A stretch of 64,000 nucleotides of DNA, taken from the NCBI GenBank assembly GCA_963828735.1, contig CAWHFW010000002.1, positions 192,001 to 256,000 of the forward strand. Direction: 5' to 3'. Numbering within the stretch: position 1 is the first letter of the stretch; each line of letters opens with the position of its first letter. A program made the position numbers and the translations under genes. The notes beneath the pieces were generated by a model. It did not search any database and had not been told where the DNA came from. It saw nothing but the letters and a program-made list of their open reading frames with translations. This document shows, piece by piece, positions 48,856-58,249 of the stretch. This DNA is from an uncultured Gemmatimonadales bacterium (GTDB lineage Bacteria; Gemmatimonadota; Gemmatimonadetes; Gemmatimonadales; GWC2-71-9).

Positions 48856-50733
48856 CTACAGCAGTGCCGCAGCGTCGAGAACGAGCGCGGGTGCGCCATC
48901 CGCCAGAATCGTCGCCCCACCGACGTACGGCGGCATGCCGCGCGGCGCGTCGAAGGGGGCGACCACGATGTCCTGCTGACCGAGCAGGGCGTCCACCACG
49001 AGCGCCGTGCGCCGCTCGCCGACCTCGAGGATCACCGTCGGCCTGCGTGGCGGCGCGGGCCGCGCGCGACTGGCGACGAGATCCCGCAGGTGCACGGTCG
49101 GAATCACCTGCTCGCGGACGACCAGCGCCTCGCGGCTCCGGAGCGCCGTCACGGCGCGCGGGTCGAACTCCACCGTCTCGGCCACGTAGGCGAGCGGGAC
49201 CGCGTAGCGCTCGCCGCCCGCGTCGGCCAGCAGGGCCCGCACGATCGCCAGCGTGAGCGGCACCCGAATGAGGAAGGTGGTGCCCTTCCCCACCTCGGAC
49301 CGGATCTCGAGCGTGCCGCCGAGCTGGCGGACGCGGGTCATCGCCACGTCGACCCCCACGCCCCGGCCGGAGACGCCACTCACGGCCTGGGCGGTGCTGA
49401 AGCCCGGCCGGGCAATCACGCGGAGCAAGGCATCGTCGGTGAGCCCGTCACCGTCGGCGGCGCTGCCGCCTTCCTCGCGTCGCGCCTTGGCGAGGATGGC
49501 CGCGCGGTCGATGCCGCGGCCGTCGTCGCTGACCCGCAGGACCACGCTGTTCCGCTCGCGCGACGCGGCGAGAAGGATGCGTCCTTCGGCCGGCTTTCCC
49601 GCCTTCGCCCTCGCCTCGGCCGGCTCGATCCCGTGGTCGGCGGCGTTGCGGATCAGGTGCAGCAGCGGATCGCCGATCTCGTCCAGGATCGAGCGGTCGA
49701 GCTCGATCTCCTCGCCCTCGACGTCGAAGCGGATGCGCTTGCCGAGATCGCGCGCCAGGTCGCGCACCAGCCGGGGGAAGCGCTCGAACACCTCGCCCAC
49801 CGGCGTCATTCGCGACGCGATCACCTCGGTCTGCATGCCGGACACGAGACGCGAGATCCGATCGCTGAGCTCGGCCAGCCCCCCGTCGTCGGACTGGGCG
49901 GCCATGACGTTCAGCCGGTTCTTGGCCACGACCAGCTCCCCCACCTGCTTCATCAGGCGATCGAGCCGCCCGAGGTCGACGCGGATCTGACGCTGGCGGC
50001 CCGGGGCGGCGGCGTCGAAGGCAACCGGCTCCTCGAACCGCACCGACTCGACTTCGCCGGCCGTCCGGAGCGCGGCGGCCAGTTCGTCATCGGTCGCGCG
50101 GGACTCGATCCGGAAGGCGAGCCGTCCGTCGAACTCCTCGCGCTCGAGCTGCACCAGCGGGGGGCGCACGGCCGTCACCAGACCCAGAGCCTCGGCCCGC
50201 CGCACCGCGAGCACCGCGCGGGCGCCCCGCATCACCGCATCGGGGCGGATCACCATCTGGACTGAGCGGCCGCGTGGCGCGTCCGTCGCCCGGCGGCGGG
50301 GCGGAGTCGCCGCCTCCGACGCGGGAGTGGCTCCTTCCACCGCCCCGCTCGACGGCTTCCCGCTCGCCATCTCGTCCAGGGCCGCGCAGAGGGCGGGGTC
50401 CGCCACCATCTCGCGACCGGCGGCGGCGCCTTCGACCGCCTCGCCCAGGGCATCGACCGCGCGGAACAACAGCTGAAACGTCGTGGCGTCCGACGTCACC
50501 TGGCCGTGGCGAAGCGCGTCGAGGAGGCTCTCCATGCGGTGAGCCAGCTCCGCCACGCCGGTGAACCCCATGGTGGCGCCCATGCCCTTGATCGTGTGAA
50601 TCGATCGGAAGAGCCCGCCGACGGGGTCCGTGGCGCCGGGGTCGCGCTCCCAGCTGAGCAGCAGCTGATTACAGCTGCTCAGGTGCTCCCGGCTCTCGGC
50701 CAGGAAGAGCGCGGCGTACTTGGAGACATCCAC
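48856..50733 (-). CDS. cheA: Chemotaxis histidine kinase CheA
   Basis: FRSIHTIKGM Hpt, IRVD..RLD, HLIRNAADHG, DDGRG, GFST, SGRGVGVD, PLTLAI CheW domain. Confidence 0.97.
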   Translation of the reverse strand: MDVSKYAALFLAESREHLSSCNQLLLSWERDPGATDPVGGLFRSIHTIKGMGATMGFTGVAELAHRMESLLDALRHGQVTSDATTFQLLFRAVDALGEAVEGAAAGREMVADPALCAALDEMASGKPSSGAVEGATPASEAATPPRRRATDAPRGRSVQMVIRPDAVMRGARAVLAVRRAEALGLVTAVRPPLVQLEREEFDGRLAFRIESRATDDELAAALRTAGEVESVRFEEPVAFDAAAPGRQRQIRVDLGRLDRLMKQVGELVVAKNRLNVMAAQSDDGGLAELSDRISRLVSGMQTEVIASRMTPVGEVFERFPRLVRDLARDLGKRIRFDVEGEEIELDRSILDEIGDPLLHLIRNAADHGIEPAEARAKAGKPAEGRILLAASRERNSVVLRVSDDGRGIDRAAILAKARREEGGSAADGDGLTDDALLRVIARPGFSTAQAVSGVSGRGVGVDVAMTRVRQLGGTLEIRSEVGKGTTFLIRVPLTLAIVRALLADAGGERYAVPLAYVAETVEFDPRAVTALRSREALVVREQVIPTVHLRDLVASRARPAPPRRPTVILEVGERRTALVVDALLGQQDIVVAPFDAPRGMPPYVGGATILADGAPALVLDAAALL

Positions 50734-50736
50734 GCG

Positions 50737-51099
50737 TCAGCCGAGAACGCGCTGGACCGCCTCGAGCACACGCGAGGGCTGAAATGGCTTCACCACGAAG
50801 TCCTTCGCGCCCGCCTGAATCGCCTCCACGACCAGCGCCTGCTGCCCCATCGCGCTGCACATCAGGATCTTGGCCTCGGGATCGGTCTTGCAGATCTCGC
50901 GGACCGCCTCGATGCCGCCCATGTCAGGCATCACGATGTCCATGGTGACGAGGTCCGGCTTGAGCGAGCGGTACTTCTCGACCGCCTGCGAGCCCGATTC
51001 GGCCTCGCCCACGACTTCGAACCCGGCTTGCGTCAGGATGTCGCTGATCATCGTGCGCATGAAGATGGCGTCATCGCAGACGAGCACTGTGTGGCTCAC
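50737..51099 (-). CDS. cheY: Response regulator CheY
   Basis: DDAIFMR, DLVTMDIVMP, CSAMGQ, GAKDFVVKPF (Firmicutes/Thermotoga-type CheY). Confidence 0.93.
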   Translation of the reverse strand: MSHTVLVCDDAIFMRTMISDILTQAGFEVVGEAESGSQAVEKYRSLKPDLVTMDIVMPDMGGIEAVREICKTDPEAKILMCSAMGQQALVVEAIQAGAKDFVVKPFQPSRVLEAVQRVLG

Positions 51100-51123
51100 G
51101 GACGGCCTCCGGATCGAGTCGAA

Positions 51124-51190
51124 TCGTGGGTCTGGGGTCGTGAGTCGTGGCGCTGGTGTGAGTCTCCCGACTCACGACCCGAGCCCACGA
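51124..51190. repeat. Intergenic inverted repeat built from 7-mer units (REP-like hairpin)
   Basis: GGGTCGTGAGTCG (51135-51147) pairs with CGACTCACGACCC (51168-51180). Outer arms TCGTGGG / CCCACGA. Confidence 0.75.
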
Positions 51191-51197
51191 CCGCCTG

Positions 51198-51629
51198 TCA
51201 AATGATCGGCGCGACCAGCGCGTCGATGTCGAGCAGGATGAAGTGCTGGCCGTCCCGGATGCCGACCGCCTTCACCAGCCGGGGATCGATGCCCGGAAGG
51301 TCGGCACGTTCGGCCACCATGTGCGCCGGGACCTCGAGGAAGTCGACCACCTGGCCGACCCCCAACCCGTACCGCCGGCCGCCCACCTCCACGACCACGA
51401 TGGCACCCTCGTCCTCGCTCCGGCGCGACTGCTGGAGGAGAATGTGACCATCGAACACGGTGAGCAGGGTGCCCCGGACGTTGACCAAGCCTTCGATCGC
51501 CTCGGCGACCCCCGGGATCCGGGTGGCCTCCAGGCGCGGCAGGATCTCCCGCACGATCCCTGCCGGGGCCGCGCAAATAAGCGCACCGATGCGAAAAATG
51601 ACGGCGTGGAGCGTCGGGGAGTTAGCCAT
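51198..51629 (-). CDS. cheW: CheW protein
   Basis: VIFRIG, VREIL, TRIPGV..AIEGLVNVRG, ILLDIDAL. Confidence 0.88.
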   Translation of the reverse strand: MANSPTLHAVIFRIGALICAAPAGIVREILPRLEATRIPGVAEAIEGLVNVRGTLLTVFDGHILLQQSRRSEDEGAIVVVEVGGRRYGLGVGQVVDFLEVPAHMVAERADLPGIDPRLVKAVGIRDGQHFILLDIDALVAPII

Positions 51630-52626
51630 CTCTATTGAAGAAAAGAAGATAGCCCAGGGGGTCGGGGCGAGCAACCAAGTCTTCGCCACCCAATGCAAGA
51701 AGTGCCGCGCGCAGATCTCCCGGCCAATCCGAGCGGAATTCAAGTGGCTCGCCCGACGAAGGATGGCGGAATGCCAGAGCAGCCGCGTGCAATGCCTGAC
51801 GGGGCGTGGCCGCCTCGAGCACCTCGGCGGCCCTTCGGGCCACGCCCGAGATGCGCCGGCTCCCCCCGCCCGTATAGACCGAATCGCCGACCACCGGGTG
51901 CCCGATGTGCTCCAGGTGCACCCGGATCTGGTGGGTGCGGCCGGTGTGCAGCTCGAGCCGGAGCAGGTCCGCCACTCCGAACCGGCCGACCACGAAGGCG
52001 TCGGTTCGGGCCTGGCGTCCTTCGGGCGCGATCGTCATGCGTTTTCGGTTGGTCGAATGCCGTGCCACGGGTGCCTCGATCACGGTGGGCGTCGCGTCGA
52101 GGTGGCCCCAGGTGAGCGCGGCGTAGGTGCGGCGTACCCGTCGGGCCGCGATGGCGGCGCCAAGACGTCGATGCGCGAGGTCGGTCTTGGCGACGACCAT
52201 GAGGCCCGAGGTATCCCGATCGAGCCGGTGCACGATGCCCGGCCGTCCCTCGGCCCCGCCCGACAGCGTGGTCCCGCGCGCGACCAGCGCGTTCACCAGG
52301 GTATCGTCCCAGTGACCCGGCGCTGGATGCACGACGAGCCCGGCTGGCTTGTCGATCACGGCAACATGCTCGTCCTCGTACAGGACCGTGAGCGGGATGG
52401 CGGCTGGTCGGAGGGTGCGGGGCGGCTCGTGGTCGGGGAACCGGACGGTGATACGCTCGCCACGCGCGAGGAGGCGGGAGGCGCGCGCCGGCTTGCCCTC
52501 CACGTCCACCGCCTTGTCGGCGACCAGCCGCGCCGCCTGCGTGCGCGAGAGGCCAAGCTGGTCGGCGAGGAATCGGTCGAGGCGCTCGGTGGCCCCGACC
52601 CAGACCGTGAAGCTCAGCTCAGGCAG
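51622..52626 (-). CDS. RluA/RluD-family pseudouridine synthase (probable CTG start)
   Basis: ERLDRFLA S4 domain in frame upstream of the GTG called in the track; DKPAGLVVHP, HRLDRDTSG, TGRTHQIRVH, QALHA. Confidence 0.92.
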   Translation of the reverse strand: MPELSFTVWVGATERLDRFLADQLGLSRTQAARLVADKAVDVEGKPARASRLLARGERITVRFPDHEPPRTLRPAAIPLTVLYEDEHVAVIDKPAGLVVHPAPGHWDDTLVNALVARGTTLSGGAEGRPGIVHRLDRDTSGLMVVAKTDLAHRRLGAAIAARRVRRTYAALTWGHLDATPTVIEAPVARHSTNRKRMTIAPEGRQARTDAFVVGRFGVADLLRLELHTGRTHQIRVHLEHIGHPVVGDSVYTGGGSRRISGVARRAAEVLEAATPRQALHAAALAFRHPSSGEPLEFRSDWPGDLRAALLALGGEDLVARPDPLGYLLFFNRDG

Positions 52627-53149
52627 CCGAGGCGGACTCCGGTTCGGGGCGGCGGGCGTCTTCCCGCCAGAGGGAGATGGCGAGCGCGATGGCGCCGCAG
52701 CTCACGGCGATGTCGGCGACGTTGAAGGTAGGCCACCGGAGGGCGCCGATGCCGACGTCGAGGAAGTCCACGACGCCGCGGCCGCTCCGGATGCGGTCGA
52801 TGAGGTTGCCCGCCGCGCCGCCGGCGACGAGGCCGAGCGCGAGCTGGCGGAATCGGTCGCCGGCGGGGGCGCTCCGGCTCATGCGCGCCAGCACGAACAC
52901 CGCGACCAGCGCGACCGTGAAGAAGATCCAGCGCGAGTACGGCCCCACGTGCAGCCCGAACGCCGCGCCCTGGTTGTAGACCAGGCGGAGCTGGAACCAG
53001 TCGCCCAGGACGGAGATCCCCGGCGTGCGAAGAAGCGTGGCCTCGGCGATGATCTTCGTGATCAGGTCGAGCACCACCGTCACCGCCGCCGCCGTCCAGA
53101 ACACCCGGCGCTCGGCGCCGAGTGACTGAAGGTCAGCGGCGCTTTCCAT
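52619..53149 (-). CDS. lspA: Lipoprotein signal peptidase II
   Basis: DLITK, NQGAAFG, GAAGNLIDR, VVDF, FNVAD. Confidence 0.95.
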   Translation of the reverse strand: MESAADLQSLGAERRVFWTAAAVTVVLDLITKIIAEATLLRTPGISVLGDWFQLRLVYNQGAAFGLHVGPYSRWIFFTVALVAVFVLARMSRSAPAGDRFRQLALGLVAGGAAGNLIDRIRSGRGVVDFLDVGIGALRWPTFNVADIAVSCGAIALAISLWREDARRPEPESASAA

Positions 53150-53516
53150 CTTCTTCTTTCTCCTTGCAGGTGATGCACAGCCGTGCGTGCGGTAGCGCAT
53201 CCAGCCGCTCGAAGTTGATCTCCTGGCCGCACTGATGGCAATGGCCGAACTTGTCGGGGGTGCCATAGAGGCGGCGCAGCGCCTCGTTCACGTGCCAGAG
53301 ATAGCGACCCTCCTGCGACGCGAACAGGAACTGCTTTTCGCGCTCCATGGCGTCGGTGCCCTGATCGGCCATGTGGAAGGAATAGGATGACAGGTCGCCA
53401 TCGGCCGATTGCAGCGTGGCGTTGAACGACTCGTCGTAGTAGCCCAGCTCCTTCATGACGCGGGCCCGTTCCTCCAGGAGACGCTTCTCGAGATGCGTGA
53501 GTTGTTTCTTGTTCAT
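53133..53516 (-). CDS. DksA/TraR C4 zinc-finger protein
   Basis: Coiled coil, HMADQGTD tip, CHQC...ERLDALPHARLCITC. Confidence 0.88.
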   Translation of the reverse strand: MNKKQLTHLEKRLLEERARVMKELGYYDESFNATLQSADGDLSSYSFHMADQGTDAMEREKQFLFASQEGRYLWHVNEALRRLYGTPDKFGHCHQCGQEINFERLDALPHARLCITCKEKEEDGKRR

Positions 53517-56500
53517 GCCCTATCCGTGGGTTGAGGGCCGCTGCCGGCCCGACCGTCCCTGTCGCGCTGCACTCCCAGCACTACGCCGTGTCCTTCGATG
53601 TCCACCTGGTGCTCCAGATCCGGGGCCGGCGCGCGTGCGCCGAGCTCGAGCCGGCGGGCGAGCGTCTCGCCGCGAATGAAGTCGGCGTGTACCCGGGCCG
53701 CCTCGAGCACCGGCGCTCCGCCGTCCATCCACACACCGATCCGATCGGTGTAGACGTACCCGGCTTCTTTCCGGAGGCGCTGAATGCGGTTCACCACCTC
53801 CCGAGCGGTACCTTCGCGACGGAGCTCCTCGTCGAGCCGCGGATCGAGCGCTGCAACGTACGGGCCGTCGCTGGCGACGATCCAGTCGCTCGCGACCTCG
53901 CGCTCGACGACGACGTCCTCCGGCAGATAGGTGACACCCTCCCCGTCGAGCGAGAGGCTGGCTTCCCGTCCCTGCTCCAGCCCGCGGAGCTGGTCCGCCG
54001 TGAGACGGCTCGCGGCCTCGGCGACCTGGGGCGTCCGTTTCCCGTAGCGCTTGCCCAGCGAGCGGAAGTTGGCCCGGCCCCGAAGCCGGACGAGATCCGC
54101 GTCGGAGCTCACCGTTTCGATGGCCTTCACGTTCACCTCGAGCCGGAGCAGTTCGAGCACGCCGTCGAAGGCGGGCCCGCGCACCGCGGCCGGGACCGCG
54201 ATCTGCATGCGGGCCAGCGGCTGACGCACCGGCAGCTTCCGCTCCTGCCGCGCGCCATGTGCCAGGGAGGCCAGCCGGCGCACGGCGTCCATCGCACTCT
54301 CGAGCGAGCCCTCCCGCCGGCCCGCGGTCATCGGAAACCGCGCGAGGTGGACCGAGGTTCCCGTGAGGGCGCGGTGCAGCCAATCGCTGGCGAACGGCGC
54401 CGCCGGCCCGAGCAACCGAGTGACCGTGACCAGGGCCTCATGCAGGGTGGCGAGGGCCGCGGGATCGGCGACGCTGTCCACCGCCCAGAACCGCGCGCGG
54501 TTGGCCCGCACGTACCACTGGCTCACGTCGTCCACCACGAATTCCATCAGGGCCCTGACCCCGGCGGTGGGGTCGTACTGCCCCCACGCGGCGTGCACCG
54601 CCTCGACCGTGGCATCGAGCCGGCTCAGGAGCCAGCGGTCGACCAGCGGACGATCGGCGGGAGCCGGCGAGTCGCCGGGCGTCCATTCACCCGCGTAGCC
54701 CGCGAAGAACGCGTAGCTGTTCCTGAGCGCGTTGAAGAACTTGCCCGCCGCGTCCTTGATCGTGCTCTTGTCGAAGCGCTTCGGCAGCCACACCTGGCTG
54801 GAAGCGAGCAGATACAGGCGGACGGCGTCGGCGCCGAACTCCTCGATCATCTCCCAGGGGTTCACCACATTGCCGCGGCTCTTCGACATCTTCTGGCCCT
54901 CGGCGTCGAGGACCAGCTCGTTCACGATCACGTTCCGGTACGCCGTGCTGTCGAACGCGGTCGTCGCGATCGCGAGCAGCGAATAGAACCAGCCCCGGGT
55001 CTGGTCCACGCCCTCGCAGATGTAGTCGGCCGGGAAATGGGCCTGGAACTCCTCCGCGTGCTCGAACGGGTAGTGCCACTGCGCATACGGCATCGAGCCC
55101 GAGTCGAACCAGGTGTCGATCACCTCGGGCGCGCGATGCTTGAGGCCGCCGCACGCGCACCCCCACGTGTAGGTGTCGATGTGCGGCTTGTGCGGGTCGA
55201 AGTCGGGCGGCAGCGCCTGGCCCCACCGCTCGGCGAGATCCGCGTAGCTCCCGACCACGTCCACGTGCGACGGGTCGCGGTCGCACACCCACACCGGGAG
55301 CGGCGTGCCCCAGTAGCGGTCCCGCGAGAGCGCCCAGTCCACGTTGTTCTCGAGCCACTCGCCGAACCGTCCCGCGCCGACCTCGGGCGGATGCCACGCC
55401 ACCTCGCTGTTGAGCGCCAGCATCCGCTGCTTCGCCGCCGACGTGCGCACGAACCAGCTGTCGCGCGCGTAGTAGATGAGCGGGCTCGAGCAGCGCCAGC
55501 AGTGCGGGTACGTGTGCGTGTGCGACTGCGTCAGATGCCAACGGCCGTCCTGCTTGAGCCGCTGAATGATCAGCTCGTTGGTCTCGCGGGCGGTCACCAG
55601 CCGGCCTTCAATCTCGGGCCAGCTCGTGCCGACCAAGGTGCCGTCTCCCGCGACCGGCCGCACCAGCGCCAGCCCGTGCTCGATGCCGGCCTGAAAGTCG
55701 TCCGCGCCGAACGCCGGCGCCATATGGACGAGCCCCGACCCATCCTCGGCGGTGACGAAGTCCCCCAGGACGACGAGGCGGCTGGCTCGGTCCTCGGGCA
55801 GCGGCACGACCTCGAGGGGCCGACGATACCGCAGCCCGGCCAGCTCGCGGCCCGGGAAGGTGCGCACGGCGCCGAGCTCGGCGAAGGTCGGCGCGCCCTT
55901 GGCGGAGCTGCTCGGCAAGGCCGCGGCGCGGGCCGTGGCGAGGATCAGCCGGCGGTCGCCCACCTGATACTCGCCGTACTCGAGATCGGGATGCGCCGCC
56001 ACCGCGACGTTCGACAGCAAGGTCCACGGAGTCGTGGTCCAGATGAGCAGCTGGCGCGAGGGATCGTCGGCCAGGGGAAAGGTCACGTAAATCGAGTTGG
56101 TGGTGACCTCGTCGTAGCCCAGCGCGAGCTCATGGCTCGAGAGCACTGTTCCGCAGCGCGGGCAATACGGGAGCACCCGGTGGCCACGGTACAGGAAATC
56201 GCGCTCGTGCAGGCGACGCAGCAGCCACCAGACGGTCTCGATGTACTCGTTGCTGCACGTGATATACGGATGCTCGTAGTCGAGCCAGTAGCCGATGCGG
56301 TCCGAGAGCGCTTCCCAGTCCGACTGGTATCTGAACACGCTCTTTCGCGCCCGCGCGTTGAACTCGGCCACCCCGAACTTCTCGATGTCCTTCTTCCCGC
56401 TGAGCTTGAGCTCCTTCTCGACCTCGATCTCCACCGGCAGGCCGTGCGTATCCCATCCCGCGATGCGCGTGACCTCCTTGCCCTGCATCGCGTGATAACG

Positions 56501-56707
56501 GCAGATGAGGTCCTTGATCGTCCGGGAGAAGACGTGATGGATCCCCGGGCGGCCGTTCGCGGTGGGCGGACCCTCGTAGAACACGAATGGCTCCCCGCCG
56601 CGCCCGGCGTCCAGCGTCCGCTGGAACAGGCCCTCGGCCTTCCACTGCTCGAGCATCTGTCGCTCGAGCCGGTCGGCGCCGAGATCGGGCCAGAGGGAAA
56701 ACGCCAT
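53513..56707 (-). CDS. ileS: Isoleucine--tRNA ligase, type 2 with GIHH signature
   Basis: EGPPTANGRPGIHH, GWDTHGLP, WTTTPWT, EGVDQTRGWF, KMSKS, type-2 C-terminus (REVVNRIQRLRK). Confidence 0.96.
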   Translation of the reverse strand: MAFSLWPDLGADRLERQMLEQWKAEGLFQRTLDAGRGGEPFVFYEGPPTANGRPGIHHVFSRTIKDLICRYHAMQGKEVTRIAGWDTHGLPVEIEVEKELKLSGKKDIEKFGVAEFNARARKSVFRYQSDWEALSDRIGYWLDYEHPYITCSNEYIETVWWLLRRLHERDFLYRGHRVLPYCPRCGTVLSSHELALGYDEVTTNSIYVTFPLADDPSRQLLIWTTTPWTLLSNVAVAAHPDLEYGEYQVGDRRLILATARAAALPSSSAKGAPTFAELGAVRTFPGRELAGLRYRRPLEVVPLPEDRASRLVVLGDFVTAEDGSGLVHMAPAFGADDFQAGIEHGLALVRPVAGDGTLVGTSWPEIEGRLVTARETNELIIQRLKQDGRWHLTQSHTHTYPHCWRCSSPLIYYARDSWFVRTSAAKQRMLALNSEVAWHPPEVGAGRFGEWLENNVDWALSRDRYWGTPLPVWVCDRDPSHVDVVGSYADLAERWGQALPPDFDPHKPHIDTYTWGCACGGLKHRAPEVIDTWFDSGSMPYAQWHYPFEHAEEFQAHFPADYICEGVDQTRGWFYSLLAIATTAFDSTAYRNVIVNELVLDAEGQKMSKSRGNVVNPWEMIEEFGADAVRLYLLASSQVWLPKRFDKSTIKDAAGKFFNALRNSYAFFAGYAGEWTPGDSPAPADRPLVDRWLLSRLDATVEAVHAAWGQYDPTAGVRALMEFVVDDVSQWYVRANRARFWAVDSVADPAALATLHEALVTVTRLLGPAAPFASDWLHRALTGTSVHLARFPMTAGRREGSLESAMDAVRRLASLAHGARQERKLPVRQPLARMQIAVPAAVRGPAFDGVLELLRLEVNVKAIETVSSDADLVRLRGRANFRSLGKRYGKRTPQVAEAASRLTADQLRGLEQGREASLSLDGEGVTYLPEDVVVEREVASDWIVASDGPYVAALDPRLDEELRREGTAREVVNRIQRLRKEAGYVYTDRIGVWMDGGAPVLEAARVHADFIRGETLARRLELGARAPAPDLEHQVDIEGHGVVLGVQRDRDGRAGSGPQPTDRA

Positions 56708-57540
56708 CAGGACAGCCGCTCCACCAGTGTGGTGACGAGCCGCGTCAGGCCGGGCTCGGCCCGGTTCGCGGTCGCGATGATCTTGCCGATGTCGGCCGGC
56801 TCCAGGGCATCGGGCAGGCACTGATCAGTGATGATGGAGATGCCGACGGTGCGCATCCCCTGGTGGTTCGCCACGATCACCTCGGGCACCGTGGACATGC
56901 CCACGACGTCGGCGCCCAGGACGCGCAGCATCCGATACTCCGCCCGGGTCTCGAGGTTCGGTCCCGCCACCGCGACGTACACTCCCTCGCGAAGCACGAT
57001 GCCGAGCTCGAGCGCGGCCGCGCGGGCCAGGGCGCGAAGCTCGGGATCGTACGGGGCCGACATGTCGGGGAACCGAGGCCCGAGCCGCTCGTCGTTGGCG
57101 CCCACGAGCGGGTTGTCGCCGAGGAGGTTGATGTGATCGCTGATCAGCACCAGGTCCCCGGGGTTCCACAGCGGGTGCATCCCGCCGCAGGCATTCGACA
57201 CCACCAGCGTGCGCGCCCCGAGCGCGTGCAGCACGCGCACGGGAAAGGTCACCTCCTGGAGGTCGTACCCTTCGTAGCGATGGAACCGGCCCTGCATCGC
57301 CACCACCGGGCGCCCCCCGAGCCGGCCGAGGAGCAGCTTCCCGGCATGGGTCTCGACCGTGGACAGCGGGAAGCCCGGGATGTCGCCGTACGCGATCTCG
57401 GCGTCCACCGCGATTTCACGCGCGAGCCCGCCGAGGCCGGTGCCAAGGATGATCCCTACCTCGGGCGCCACGGCGCTTCGACCCCGTACCGACTCTGCCG
57501 CGGCGTGTACGCGATCGAACAGCGATGTCGCCACCGTCAT
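56707..57540 (-). CDS. punA: Purine nucleoside phosphorylase (trimeric type)
   Basis: [41 protein letters not shown]. Confidence 0.93.
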   Translation of the reverse strand: MTVATSLFDRVHAAAESVRGRSAVAPEVGIILGTGLGGLAREIAVDAEIAYGDIPGFPLSTVETHAGKLLLGRLGGRPVVAMQGRFHRYEGYDLQEVTFPVRVLHALGARTLVVSNACGGMHPLWNPGDLVLISDHINLLGDNPLVGANDERLGPRFPDMSAPYDPELRALARAAALELGIVLREGVYVAVAGPNLETRAEYRMLRVLGADVVGMSTVPEVIVANHQGMRTVGISIITDQCLPDALEPADIGKIIATANRAEPGLTRLVTTLVERLS

Positions 57541-58220
57541 GCGCGGTCTCCGAACAACACCGTCCCCAGCCGAACCATCGTCGCGCCTTCCTCCACTGCC
57601 ACGGGATAGTCGCTCGACATGCCCATCGAGAGCTCCGGCAGCCGATGTCCCCGACGCTCCTCGGCGTCGCGGAGGTCGCGAAGGCGGCGGAATGCCCGGC
57701 GCTGCTCGACCACGTCGTCCGTGAGGGCGCTCATGGTCATGAGCCCCCGGACCTCGAGCCTTCCGAAGCGTGCTAATCCGTCCAGGAGCGCGGGAAGGCC
57801 CGCTGGCTCGACGCCGCCCTTCTGTGGCTCGTCGCTGCAGTTGACCTGAACGAGGATGGCCTGGCGCTGGTCCGCTGCGACCCGCCGATCGAGCTCGGCC
57901 GCGAGGTCCTCCCGATCCAGCGAATGGATCAGGGCGAACCGGCCCGCCGCATGGCGCGCCTTGTTTCGCTGCAACGTACCGATGAGATGCCACGACACGG
58001 CAACATCCCCGAGTGCCGCCTGCTTCTCCTGGGCTTCCTGGACCCGATTCTCTCCCACGTCCGCGAGCCCGGCGGCCAGCGCCGCCCGGATCGCCTCCGG
58101 GCCATGGGTCTTCGTCACGGCCACGATCCGCACCGGATGCGTCCAACCCACGATGGCCTGGTGCCTGGCCACGGTGTCACGTACCCGGGCGAGGCTGCCA
58201 GGGAGGGCCGGGAAGTCCAT
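57537..58220 (-). CDS. yggS: PLP homeostasis protein YggS/PROSC
   Basis: [41 protein letters not shown]. Confidence 0.93.
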   Translation of the reverse strand: MDFPALPGSLARVRDTVARHQAIVGWTHPVRIVAVTKTHGPEAIRAALAAGLADVGENRVQEAQEKQAALGDVAVSWHLIGTLQRNKARHAAGRFALIHSLDREDLAAELDRRVAADQRQAILVQVNCSDEPQKGGVEPAGLPALLDGLARFGRLEVRGLMTMSALTDDVVEQRRAFRRLRDLRDAEERRGHRLPELSMGMSSDYPVAVEEGATMVRLGTVLFGDRA

Positions 58221-58249
58221 AGCCTCGGAATTTACTTGAGGTTGGGCGG

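Noticed and set aside
51100..51197. CRISPR array or intrinsic terminator
   Set aside because: No repeat-spacer periodicity, no cas genes and no U-tract.
53531..56824. 1097-aa plus-strand ORF antisense to ileS, and similar long ORFs such as 171-2543, 24035-26494, 27708-29939 and 46106-48373
   Set aside because: Shadow ORFs caused by high GC3 on the coding strand; Arg/Gly/Ala-rich and without motifs.
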